Positions 37,147 through 47,470 of a stretch of DNA of 64,000 nt are shown here, piece after piece. Both the position numbers and the translations under genes were made by a program. The notes beneath the pieces were generated by a model, which worked only from the letters and a program-made list of their open reading frames with translations, made no database searches and was not told the DNA's origin. Location of the stretch: NCBI RefSeq assembly GCF_049060185.1, contig NZ_JBMEQO010000002.1. One strand, written 5' to 3'. This DNA is from Nannocystis pusilla. Lineage in GTDB: Bacteria; Myxococcota_A; Polyangia; Nannocystales; Nannocystaceae. Each line of letters begins with the position of its first letter. Position 1 is the stretch's first letter.

Positions 37147-37191
37147 TGGCGACCTCTGCCCGGCGAACCGCGAATCATCACAGTCGGACGA

Positions 37192-37674
37192 TCACGCGGC
37201 GGCCTCGGGTTCGACCCGTGATTCGAGCGCCTCGAAGGTCTCGGCGAGGGTGCGCGCCTGATCGTCGTCGAGGATGGCCTCGACGGCGGCGAAGATGGTG
37301 CTCTCCTCGAACGCGACGTGATCGGTGACGCTGCGGGTGAGGGCCTCGACCTTCGTCGCCCATTTCGCGTCGTCGGCCCGCATCGCCTCGAGCTCGGCGA
37401 GCTGCTGCCGGACCTGAGCGTGGTCCCGCTCGGCGTCCTTGACCAGCGCCTTGCCCTGCGCGTCCTGCTGGGCGAGGATGTCGTAGAACACGGCCTCCTC
37501 GGCCCGCGCGTGGCGCTCGAGCGCGTCGCGGACCTGGCCGAACAGCTGCTGCCCGCGCGCGACGTCCCGCTCGCGCGACAGCGCGGCGAGCAGCTCCGCG
37601 ACGGCGCGGTGCTGCTCGCGGATCACCTGGTAGATGGTGGGGTCTTGAGCGGTTTCGATCATCGGGCCGTTCAT
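37192..37674 (-). CDS. hemerythrin HHE domain protein (third copy in window)
   Basis: IYQVIREQHRAVAELL, HARAEEAVFYDIL and DHVAFEESTIFAAVE are the H/E metal-binding pattern. Confidence 0.7.
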   Translation of the reverse strand: MNGPMIETAQDPTIYQVIREQHRAVAELLAALSRERDVARGQQLFGQVRDALERHARAEEAVFYDILAQQDAQGKALVKDAERDHAQVRQQLAELEAMRADDAKWATKVEALTRSVTDHVAFEESTIFAAVEAILDDDQARTLAETFEALESRVEPEAAA

Positions 37675-37765
37675 GACACGGTCGATCGGATGGGGCCAGT
37701 CGAATCCCGTCCGATCGGTGCATATCGCGGGGTCGTGTGATTGTCGCCGGCTGCGCCGATTGGGG

Positions 37766-38572
37766 TCAGCGGGGCGGCGACGGGCGAAAACCCTGGTCCG
37801 TCGATTCGGTGACGTCCGCCCGCTCGTCGCCGCTCGCGAGCCGCGCGAGCAGGCCGGCGTGATCGGAGGCCCGGCGCTCGCCGGGCCCGTCGAGGACGAG
37901 CGAGACGTCGCAGAGCCGCGCGGCGAGGTGACGATCGAGCAGCAGATAATCGATGCGTCTGCGCAGGGCGCCGTGCTCGTAAAAGGTGTGGCCCGGGAGG
38001 TCGGGGCGCAGCGCGGCCCAGGCGTCGACGAGGCCGGCGCCCAGCAGGCGGGCGAGCGCGTCGCTGGTGGGGGTCTGGTTGAAGTCGCCGAGGAGGAGCG
38101 TGGGACCGGGGACGGCGGCGAGGTACGCGAGGACCTCGTCGACGTTGTCGCGCGCCTGCGCCTCGGTCCACGACAAATGGGCGCACACGACGTGCAGCGG
38201 GCCGCGCGGCCACGCGAAGACGCCGTGCAGCAGGACGCGGCCCGTCGGGTCGTCGGCGCCGCCGCGGCGGGTCAGCGGGCGGACGTGTACGGCGATCGCG
38301 GGCGCCCGCGAGAGCAAGGCGAGGCCGAGCTCACGGCCGTCTGCGTCCGCCGCGGCGGGGCAGTAGACGACCTCGTAGCCGCCGACGGCGCGCGCGAGCT
38401 GGCTCGCCTGGTCGCTGCCGCCTTCGATCGCCGGGTCGCGCGCGACGGCCTGCAAGGCGACGAGGTCGGGCCGCTGCTCGGCGAGCACGGCGGCGACGAG
38501 CGGCCGGCGTGCGCTCCACGGGCCGTGCCGATCGCCGTGGCCGCCGATGTTGAGGGACAGGATCCGCGTCAT
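37766..38572 (-). CDS. endonuclease/exonuclease/phosphatase (EEP) family protein
   Basis: RILSLNIGGHG, DLVALQAV, LLGDFNQTP and ASDHAGLLARL. Intact. Confidence 0.75.
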   Translation of the reverse strand: MTRILSLNIGGHGDRHGPWSARRPLVAAVLAEQRPDLVALQAVARDPAIEGGSDQASQLARAVGGYEVVYCPAAADADGRELGLALLSRAPAIAVHVRPLTRRGGADDPTGRVLLHGVFAWPRGPLHVVCAHLSWTEAQARDNVDEVLAYLAAVPGPTLLLGDFNQTPTSDALARLLGAGLVDAWAALRPDLPGHTFYEHGALRRRIDYLLLDRHLAARLCDVSLVLDGPGERRASDHAGLLARLASGDERADVTESTDQGFRPSPPR

Positions 38573-38590
38573 GCCCGACAGGGTGATCGA

Positions 38591-40017
38591 TCACGCGAAC
38601 ACCCGCGCGAGCACGCTGCGCGCGCAGGCGTGGCCGCACATCCCGTGGACGCCGCCGCCGGGCGGGGTGGACGAGGAGCAGAGGAAGATGTCGGGTGCGG
38701 GGGTGGTGTACGGATCGGCGCGGACGAGCGGGCGAAAGAACAACTGGCGCACATCGGCGAGGCCGCCGTTGATGTCGCCGCCGACGTAGTTGGGGTTGTA
38801 GCGGGCCATGTCGACGGCGGTGCGGGCCGAGCGGGCGACGATGACGTCGCGGAAGCCGGGGGCGAAGCGCTCGATGTGGGCCTCGATCTGCGCGCCGACG
38901 TCGATGGCCGAGCCGTGCGGCACGTGACAGTAGGCCCAGGCGATGTGCATGCCCGGCGGTGCGCGGCCGGCGTCGAACAGGGTCGGCTGGGCGAGCAAGA
39001 CGAACGGCTCGGCCGCGACGGTGCCGCGGTGGACGTGGACGAGGGTGTCGGCGACGGCCTCGAGGGAGCCCGAGAGGTGGACGGTGCCGGCGCGGGCGCA
39101 GGCCGGATCGCGCCAGGGGATCGGCGCCTGCAAGGCCCAGTCGAGCTTGTAGACGCCGGGGCCATAGCGGAAGCGGCCGAGCCGGCGCAGGTAGGCGGAG
39201 GGCAGGCGGCCGGCGGTGATGGTGGCGAGGCGCCGCGGCGAGACGTCGAACAAATAGGCGCGGGCCGGCGGCAGCTCGGAGACGTGGGCGACGTCGTGGT
39301 TCAGCTCGAGCTCGCCGCCGAGCTCGCGCAGGTGGGCGACGAGGGCGTCGGCGATCGCCTGCGAGCCGCCGCGGGCGAGCGGCCAGCCCACCGCGTGCGC
39401 AGCGACCGTCAGCACGAGGGCGAAGGCGGCGGTGGCAGGGGCGTCCAGCGGGACCATGGCGTGGGCGGCGATGCCGGCCAGCAAGGCGCGCGCGGGCGCT
39501 TCGGTGAACCGCCGCGCGAGGCCCTGCATCGAGCGCAGGCCGTACGCGCCGAAGCGGGCCAGGAGCAGCGGATCTGCGGGCCAGCGCAGCGGGCCGAGGA
39601 TCATCGGCAGCAGGGCGTCGAAGCGCTCGGCGAACGGCGCGACGAGGTCGCTGTAAGGCTGGGCGTCGGCGCCGAACTGCTCGGCGGTGGCGGCGATCGA
39701 CCGCTCGAGGCGGACCGCCCGGCCGTCGCTCAGGAGGTGGACGAGCGGGGTCGGCGGCTCGATCCACGCCAGGCCGTGACGCGCGAGCGGCAAACTGCGG
39801 AAGTACGGCGAGGCGACGCCGAGCGGGTGGATCGAGGCGCAGGGATCGTGGACGAAGCCGGGCAGGGTGAGCTCGGCCGAGCGACAGCCGCCGCCCGGGG
39901 TCGCGCCGGCCTCGACGACGAGGGTCGAGTGGCCCGCGCTGGCCAGGGTGATGGCGGCGGCCAGGCCGTTGGGCCCGGCGCCGACGATCACCGCGTCGTA
40001 CGCGTCACGTACCATGT
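38591..40017 (-). CDS. FAD-dependent oxidoreductase, phytoene desaturase (CrtI-like) family
   Basis: YDAVIVGAGPNGLAAAITLASAGHSTLVVEAGATPGGGCRS is the dinucleotide-binding motif; about 475 aa; intact. Confidence 0.75.
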
Positions 40018-40983
40018 TTGAAGGCGGTGGCGGGCGGCGTCGAGTTCGATGCGCAGCAGCTCGCGCGCGGTCCAGGCGAGGAACGCCGGGGTGCCGAGCC
40101 GCGGCGGGCGATGGCCGCGGACCGCGGCGTGCTCGCCGGTGGGGCGGAACAGGTTGCCCTCGACGGGCGGCTCGGGTGCGCCGAGGTGAAACCGTCCGAG
40201 CGCGCGGTAGAGCAGCCGCTCCATGGTGCGCGGGAAGACACGGTGGATCACGAGGCCGAGCTCGGCGATCCGCGGCACGAAGCGCTGGCGCCGGGGGTGT
40301 TCGACGAGGTCGACCACGGCGCACGCGACCTGGTCGGGCGACTGCACCGGCGGCATGGCGTTGACGTGGCGACCGAGGTCGTTGGCCGCGACCTGGAAGT
40401 GTGGCGTGTCGATCGCGTAGGGGAAGACGGTGCACACGTGGATGTCGGGGCACTCGGCCAGCTCGACGCGCAGCGCCTCGGACAGGCCGTGCAGCGCGAA
40501 CTTGCTGATCACGTAGGACGGCACGAAGGCGTGGCCGATCTTGCTGAGCACCGAGCCGATGTTGATCAGCGTGCCGCGGCCCTGCCGGCGGAACACCGGG
40601 ACCACCGCGCGCGCGCCGTGCAGGGCGCCGTGGAGGTTGGTCTCGATCACCTGGCGGTGATCCGCGAGCGAGCCGCCCTCGAGCGGGGCGAACAGGGTCA
40701 CGCCGGCGTTGTTGATCCACGCGTCGATGCGGCCCCAGCTCGACAGGGTCGCCTCGGCCAGGTGCATCACCGCGTCCTCGTGGGTGACGTCGGTCGGGAC
40801 CACCAGCGCCTCGCCGCCGCGCTCGCGGCAGCCCGCGGCGGTGCGCTCGAGCTCGCCCTCGCGGCGCGCCGCCAGAGCGACCCGCCAGCCGCGCTCCGCC
40901 AGGCCGTACGCGGTGGCCCGCCCGAGCCCGCTCGACGCGCCGGTGACGACCGCGACCCTCGATTCGCCCGCGCGCCTCATCCC
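39988..40983 (-). CDS. SDR-family oxidoreductase
   Basis: VAVVTGASSGLGRATAYGLAERG, INNAGV and YVISKFALHGLSEALRVEL (YxxxK). The stop overlaps the CrtI-like start. Confidence 0.75.
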   Translation of the reverse strand, partial: GMRRAGESRVAVVTGASSGLGRATAYGLAERGWRVALAARREGELERTAAGCRERGGEALVVPTDVTHEDAVMHLAEATLSSWGRIDAWINNAGVTLFAPLEGGSLADHRQVIETNLHGALHGARAVVPVFRRQGRGTLINIGSVLSKIGHAFVPSYVISKFALHGLSEALRVELAECPDIHVCTVFPYAIDTPHFQVAANDLGRHVNAMPPVQSPDQVACAVVDLVEHPRRQRFVPRIAELGLVIHRVFPRTMERLLYRALGRFHLGAPEPPVEGNLFRPTGEHAAVRGHRPPRLGTPAFLAWTARELLRIELDAARHRLQTWYVTRTTR

Positions 40984-41340
40984 GCGCAGTATGCGGGTGA
41001 TTCGTGGGCGCGCCAGCGCGGGCTGGCGGGCTCGGCCATGCATGATATGGCCGATCGGACATGTCCTCGAGGCAATCACAACAGGGGGCCGGCGCGGCCG
41101 GGGCGCGCGGGGTTCGATCGGCTCGGCGGAGCAGCCTGCCCGCGGCGCCGGCTCGGGAGGGGTTTTCCCGGCGGTGGCGCAGGCGGCGGACGGGGCGTCT
41201 CCTGCGCCCGGGCCCCCGCATTCCCGGGATGATTCGGCGGGCGGAGTTCCTCCCCGCGCCCGCTGGGCGCCGGGTCGCGCGGCTCGCCATCCGCCGGGGT
41301 CGGCCCCACGGTCAGGCCTGCACGAGGCCCGTGCGCCGCA

Positions 41341-42677
41341 TGAGCGAACAGCCCGACACTGCCCCCGGTGAGCGCGCGCCCGAACCGCCGCTGTTCGTGG
41401 CGCTGACGCGGCTGCTAGCGACGCCGGTCACGTCGGTCCGCGAGACCCTCGTCGCGGCCTGCGAGGTCGTGGCCTCGGTGGTCGAGACCGACAAGGTGGA
41501 CGCGTTCCTTCACGACGCCGCCCACGATTCGCTGGTGGCGATCGGGACCTCGGATTCGCCGATGTCCCGCCGCCAGCGCGCGCTCGGCCTCGATCGCTTG
41601 CCGCTGAGCAACGGGGGCCGCGCCGTCGAGGTGTTCCAGACGGGCAAGCGCTACCTGTGCGACGACGTGCAGGCCGACGCCGGCGAGCTGCAGGGGATCC
41701 GGGAGGGGCTCAAGGCGCAGTCGACGATCGCCGTGCCGATCGAGGTGCAAGGCAAGCGCCGCGGGGTGCTGATGGTGACGGCCGCGAGCAGGAACCAGTA
41801 CCGCTGGAGCGACCTCGAGTTCCTGACCGCCGTCGCCCACTGGATCGGGGTGGTGACGCACCGCGCCGAGCTGGTCGAGGAGGCGACCCGGGTGGCCGCC
41901 GAACGCGCGCGCCAGCGGACGGCCGAAGAGCTGGTTTCGGTCGTGGCGCACGACCTGCGTAACCTGATCGCGCCGCTGGCCGCGCGGCTGAACGTGCTGA
42001 CGGTGCGAGCGGATGCGGAGGCGCGCGCGGCGGACCTCGAAGAGCTGAGCAAGGCGAGCCGCGGGGTCGAGCGGCTGGGACGGGTGCTGTCCAACCTCCT
42101 CAGCGTGGAGCGGATCGAGCGCGGCCTGTTCGACCTCCGGCTGCAGGTGGTCGACCTCGTCGAGCTCACCCGCAGCACGGCCGCGCTGTTCGCCGCCGGC
42201 GGGCAAGCGCTCGAGATCGAGGCGCCGCCGCAGGTGCTGGCGTGGGCCGACCCCGACGCGCTGCGACAGGCGCTGGAGAACTTGGTGCACAACGCGATCA
42301 CCCACTCCCCGGAAGGGGCGGCGCTGTCGCTGACGATCCGCCGCGACCGGTTCGACGGCGCCAACTGGAGCCTCGTTCGCGTCCGCGACTTCGGGCCCGG
42401 CATCCCCGCGGAGCTCCTGCCGACGCTGTTCGACCGCTTCGCCCTCGGACCGAAGTCGTTCGGCCTCGGCCTCGGCCTCTACCTGGCGCGCAGCATCGTC
42501 CAGGCGCACGGCGGCTCGCTGGTGGTCGAAGATGCGGACGGGCCCGGCGCCTGCTTTCGCCTGGCGCTGCCGATGTACGAGCCGCCCGCCGGCGAGGCCG
42601 GCGAGGTCCGCGAAGCGAAGTGCGGCGGGAGCGAGAGCCGGCGCGAGGGCGACGGCGGGCCGGCGTCACATACCTGA
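41341..42677 (+). CDS. GAF-domain sensor histidine kinase (HisKA + HATPase_c)
   Basis: GAF: RYLCDDVQAD...STIAVPIEVQGKRRGVLMV. H-box: VVAHDLRNLIAPL. ATPase: LVHNAITHSPEGAALSL...DFGPGIP...GLGLGLYLARSIVQAHGG. Confidence 0.8.
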
Positions 42678-42689
42678 GGTCCTGTCGAT

Positions 42690-42735
42690 GAGGACATGCC
42701 CTCGGAGGCATGTTCGAATGGACATGCCCGAAGGT
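42690..42735. repeat. palindromic CATGYYC/GGACATG stem-loop element in a convergent intergenic region
   Basis: gaggacatgccctcggaggcatgttcgaatggacatgccc. Confidence 0.6.
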
Positions 42736-42747
42736 CACGCGCGCGGA

Positions 42748-43917
42748 TCACGGCCTCAGCACGACCTTGATGCAGCCTTCCTTCTTGTGCTGGAAGATGT
42801 CGTAGCCCTTCGGCGCCTCCTCGAGGTGGAGGCGGTGGGTGATGATGAAGGACGGGTCGATCTCGCCGGCGGCGATCCGCTGCAGCAGGGCCGGGGCGTA
42901 GCGGTGGGTGTGGGTCTGGCCCATCTTGAGCGTCAGCCCCTTGTTGAAGGCGGCGCCGAACGGGAAGTGGTCGATGGGGCCGCCGTAGACGCCGGGGACC
43001 GAGACGGTGCCGCCCTTGCGGCAGGCCATGACGGCCTGGCGCAGCGCGGTCGGGCGGTCGGGCTGAAGGCCGACCGCCTGCTTGACCCGGTCGTACCAGA
43101 ACTCGAGGCCGTGGCCGTGCGCCTCCATGCCGACGGCGTCGATGCAGATGTCGGGCCCGCGCCCGCTGGTCAGCTCCTTGAGGACCTCGATGACGTCGGA
43201 CTTCTCGTAGTCGATCGGGGTGGCGTCGCACTTGGTCCGCGCCAGCTCGAGCCGCTCGGGGAAGCGGTCGATGGCGATGACCCGCTTGGCGCCCAGCATG
43301 TGGGCGCTCTTCAGCGCGAACAGGCCGACCGGCCCGCAACCCCACACCGCGACGACGTCGCCCTCCTGGACGTCGCAGACGTCGACCGCCATGAAGCCGG
43401 TGGAGAAGATGTCGCCGATGAAGAGCACCTGCTCGTCGCTGAGGTCGGTCTCGACCTTGACGTGGTTGATGTCGGCGAACGGCACCCGCACGTACTCGGC
43501 CTGGCCGCCCGGATAGCCGCCGAACATGTGCGAAAAGCCGAACAGGCCGGCCGGCGCGGCGCCGAACTGCTTGGTCGCCAGGGCGGCGTTGGGGTTGCTG
43601 CGATCGCACAGCGACCACAGCTGGCGCTTGCAGAAGAAGCAGTCGCCGCAGCTGATGTTGAACGGCACGACCACGCGGTCGCCCTTCTGCACGTCGCGCA
43701 CCTCGCGGCCGACCTCGAGCACTTCGCCCATGAACTCGTGGCCGAGGATGTCGCCCTTCTGCAGCGTCGGAATCAGGCCGTCGTAGAGGTGGAGGTCCGA
43801 GCCGCAGATCGCGCAAGCCGTGACCTTGACGATCATGTCCTTGCCGTCTGCCAGCTGCGGATCGGGGACGGTCTCGACCCGCACATCGCGGGCCCCGTGG
43901 TAGCGCAGTGCTTTCAT
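42748..43917 (-). CDS. zinc-dependent alcohol dehydrogenase family, formaldehyde-dehydrogenase-like
   Basis: [17 protein letters not shown], structural Zn motif [15 protein letters not shown], and [12 protein letters not shown] motif. Intact. Confidence 0.85.
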   Translation of the reverse strand: MKALRYHGARDVRVETVPDPQLADGKDMIVKVTACAICGSDLHLYDGLIPTLQKGDILGHEFMGEVLEVGREVRDVQKGDRVVVPFNISCGDCFFCKRQLWSLCDRSNPNAALATKQFGAAPAGLFGFSHMFGGYPGGQAEYVRVPFADINHVKVETDLSDEQVLFIGDIFSTGFMAVDVCDVQEGDVVAVWGCGPVGLFALKSAHMLGAKRVIAIDRFPERLELARTKCDATPIDYEKSDVIEVLKELTSGRGPDICIDAVGMEAHGHGLEFWYDRVKQAVGLQPDRPTALRQAVMACRKGGTVSVPGVYGGPIDHFPFGAAFNKGLTLKMGQTHTHRYAPALLQRIAAGEIDPSFIITHRLHLEEAPKGYDIFQHKKEGCIKVVLRP

Positions 43918-44064
43918 GGGCCGAAGGCATGACTCGAGCGCGGCCTGGACGGTAGGACATCCGGGAATTATCCCATGGCGGACTCGACAGTGAATGCGCA
44001 CCTCCGGGCAACAGGGATGAGTCCGGCGATTCGACGCCGTGCGGGCGAGTGCTATGAGGCGAGC

Positions 44065-44586
44065 ATGTCGCGCGACAACGTCGCAAGGATCCCGGCGTTC
44101 GTCGAAGGCGATGTCCACGCAGTGATCGAGTCGCCGGCCGGCAGTCGCAGCAAGTTCAAGTGGGACCCGGCGCTCGAGACCTTCACCCTTCACAAGGTGC
44201 TGCCGGCCGGGATGGCGTTCCCGCTCGAGTTCGGGTTCATCCCCGGCACCAGGGGCGGCGACGGCGACCCGCTCGACGCGCTCGTGCTCACCGACGAGCC
44301 GACGTTCGCCGGCTGCCTGGTGCGGGCGCGCTTGCTCGGGGTGATGACGGCCGAGCAATCGACCGCCGGCGAGGAGCCGGTCCGCAACGACCGCTTCCTC
44401 GCGGTCAGCGCGGCGTCCCGCACCTACGAGCAATTGCGGCGCGTGCAGGACATCAGCCCGCGCGCGCTGGCCGACCTCGAGCAATTCTTCGTCCATTACA
44501 ACGAGCTCGAGGGCAAGCGCTTCCGCGTGCTCGGCATGCTCGGCCCCGAGGCGGCCCGCTCGCTCGTCGAGGCGGGGCAGAAGTAG
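44065..44586 (+). CDS. ppa: inorganic pyrophosphatase
   Basis: [16 protein letters not shown]..., [10 protein letters not shown]... and [11 protein letters not shown]; about 174 aa. Confidence 0.85.
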   Translation: MSRDNVARIPAFVEGDVHAVIESPAGSRSKFKWDPALETFTLHKVLPAGMAFPLEFGFIPGTRGGDGDPLDALVLTDEPTFAGCLVRARLLGVMTAEQSTAGEEPVRNDRFLAVSAASRTYEQLRRVQDISPRALADLEQFFVHYNELEGKRFRVLGMLGPEAARSLVEAGQK

Positions 44587-44590
44587 CGCG

Positions 44591-46062
44591 TCAGGGCGAG
44601 CGGACCAGGCGCGCGGCGGTGTCGAGCAGGCGCCCGAGCTTGACCGGCTTGGGGATCAGGATCGTGCCGGCGGGGGCGCGGGCGGGATCGGAGGTCGACA
44701 CGATCACGGGGATCCGCGCCAGCTCGGGGACGGCCTGCATGGCCTGATAGACCTGACCGCCCTCGAGCAGCGGCATCACCAGGTCGAGGATGACGAGGTC
44801 GGGCTTGACCCGCGCGTGCAGCAATTGGTCGAGCGCGTCGCGCCCGTTGGCCGCGGTCATGGTCGCGTAGCCCTCGCCGGCGAAGGCCTCCCGCAGGCTC
44901 TCGCGGGTCGCGTCGTCGTCGTCGGCGATGAGCACGGTGTGGCCGCGCGACGGGCGATCGGCGCGCGTGGGCTCGGGCGTGGCGCGCGGCAGGCGGAGGG
45001 TGAACACGGTGTCGGTCTCGTCGCTCGAGATCACCGAGACCGTGCCGCCGTGGGCCTGGGCGATCTGCTGGGCGATGTAGAGGCCGAGGCCGAGGCCGCG
45101 GGCGTTGGTGCGCGAGGGCGAGTGGTCGCGGCCGCGGAACGGGTCGAACAGCACCGGCACGAGCTCGGGCGGGATGACGCCGCGGTTGCGGATCTCGACC
45201 GCGATCTGGTGGCCGTCGTCGAACACCCGGATGCCGATCGGGCCGTCCGCGTGGCCGTGCTGGATCGCGTTGCCGATCAGGTTCGACAGCGCCTGGACCA
45301 CGCGGTCGGGATCGCCGGCGGTGACGGTGTCGCCGAGGGTCTCGACCCGGACCTCGCGCTGCGAATGCGTGGTGCGCAGCTCGTCGACGGCGCGCTGCAC
45401 CAGCTCGACGACGTCGACCCGCTGGCGCGCGCGCGAAGCCGAGGCCGCCGGCCAGCCGCGCGCGCGTCAGGTCGAGCAGCTGCTCGATCATCTCGTTCAT
45501 GCGGTGGCTCGAGACGAACATGCGCCGCAAGATGCCGCGCTGGTCGTCGTCGATCACCAGCTGCTCGAGGATCTCGGTGCCGGTCTGGATCGCCGACAGC
45601 GGGGTGCGCAGGTCGTGGCCGAGGATCCCGACGAACATCTCGTTGAGGCGCAGGGCGTGGGTGCAGTCGCGCCGCTGCCGCGACAGCTCGAAGAACACGT
45701 CGGCCTTGCTCCGCAGCACCCGCGGGTCGATCGGCTTGTGCAGGAAGTCGACCGCGCCGGACTCGTAGCCCTGGAACACCCGCTCGCTGTCGCGCGCGCC
45801 GGCGGTGATGAAGATGATCGGCACGTTCTTGGTGCGCTCGGTGCCTCGCATCAATTCGGCCAGCTCGAAGCCGTCCATCCCCGGCATCTGCACGTCGAGG
45901 AAGGCCAGGGCGACGTCGTGGACGAGCAGCAGCTCGAGCGCCTCGAAGCCGCTGCGCGCGGTGAGGATGTTGAGGCCGTCGCGCCGCAGGAGCGCCTCGA
46001 GGGCGATGAGGTTCTGCTCGGTGTCGTCGACGAGGAGGAAGTTGATCGGTTCGAGGTTCATG
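44591..46062 (-). CDS. hybrid histidine kinase REC-HisKA-HATPase_c-REC; 1 frame break near 45420
   Basis: REC1: [18 protein letters not shown]...[14 protein letters not shown]-box: [15 protein letters not shown]. ATPase: [12 protein letters not shown]...[21 protein letters not shown]2: [14 protein letters not shown]...[10 protein letters not shown]. Confidence 0.75.
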
Positions 46063-46074
46063 TCGCCTCCCCGG

Positions 46075-46652
46075 AGCGCGTGGGCGCGGCGAGCCGCGCG
46101 AGCAAGGTGCCGATGGCGGCCGCCGGCACGGCGTGGTCGATGGCGACCTGCCGCAGCGCGGCCGCCGGCATGGTCGGGACCGCGGCGGTGGCCGGCGATT
46201 CGACGATCGTGAGGCCGCCGGCCTCGGCGATGCGCGAAAGGCCGCGGGCGCCGTCCTCGTTGGCGCCGCTGAGCAGGACGCCGGCGAGGTGCGGCCGAAG
46301 GCGTCGGCGGCCGACTCGAACAGCACGTCGATCGAGGGCCGCGAGAACAGCACGGGGCGGTCGACCGAGAGCGAGAAGCTGCGCCCGCGCTCGACGAGCA
46401 GGTGGTAGTTCGGCGGGGCGACGTAGACGGTGCCGGGCACGATGGGCTCCTTGTCGTCGGGCTCCCGCGTCGGCAGCGAGGCCTTCGTGCGCAGGACCTC
46501 GACGAGGTGGCTGGGCTGGGTCGGCGGCAGGTGCAGGACCACGGCCAGCGGCAGCGGATAGCCCGCCGGCAGCGCCGGCAGCAAGGCGGCGAGGCGTCGA
46601 GCGCCCCCGACGAGCCGCCGATCACGATCATGTGAATGTCGCGCGTCGCCAT
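46075..46652 (-). CDS. CheB-type methylesterase catalytic domain; 2 or more frame breaks
   Basis: IVIGGSSGALDA, then in the adjacent frame LPAGYPLPLAVVLHLPPTQPSHLVEVL...PNYHLLVERG...DVLFESAADAFG. Confidence 0.55.
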
Positions 46653-46655
46653 GGT

Positions 46656-47470
46656 CTACCGCCGTTGATAGATCCGGTCCTCGGGGACGAGCTCGGTGAA
46701 CGCCTCGGCGTGCGACGAGAACCGCAGGGTCTCCTTGGCGCCCAGGCCGAGGAAGCCCTTGCGCCGCACCGAGTCGCGCAAGACGCCGATCGCCCGGTTC
46801 TGCAGCGGGCGGTCGAAGTAGATCAGGACGTTGCGACACGACACCAGCTCGACCTCGGCGAAGGCGACGTCGGTGGCGAGGCTGTGATCGGAGAACAGGA
46901 TCGACTGCTTGAGCCGACGGTCGAGGATCGCCGAGGCGTACTGCGCGGTGTAGAAGTCGGACAGCGAGCCGCGTCCGCCGGCCTGGCGGTAGCTGTCGGA
47001 GAAGCGGGCGAAGCGCTCGAGGTCGTAGACGCCGGCCTCGGCGGCGCGCAGGCTCTCGGGGTGGATGTCGGTGGCGTAGATCAGGGTGCGGTCGAGCAGG
47101 CCCTCCTCGGCGAACACGATGGCGAGCGAGTAGGCCTCCTCGCCGGTGGCGCAGCCGGCGACCCACACCTTGAGCGAGGGATAAGTGCGCAGGTACGGCA
47201 CGACGCGCTCGCGGATCGATCGATAATACGAGGGTCGCGGAACAGGTCGCTGACCTGGACGGTGAGGAAGCGGAGCAGCTCGCTGAAGCCGCGCGGCTCG
47301 GCGAGCACGCGCTCGCGCAGCTCGCCGAGCGAGGGGCAGCGGAGGTGGGTCAGGGCGGCGCCGATCCGCCGGCGCAGCGAGGCCTCGGCGTAGCCGCGGA
47401 AGTCGTAGTGATAGCGGTGGTAGACCGCGTCGAGCAGCGCGCTCAACTCGGGGTCGGGCGCAGTCGTCAT
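46656..47470 (-). CDS. CheR-type methyltransferase; 1 frame break near 47220
   Basis: N: LLDAVYHRYHYDFRGYAEASLRRRI...FLTVQVSDLFRDP. C: LKVWVAGCATGEEAYSLAIVFAE...LVSCRNVLIYFD. Confidence 0.7.
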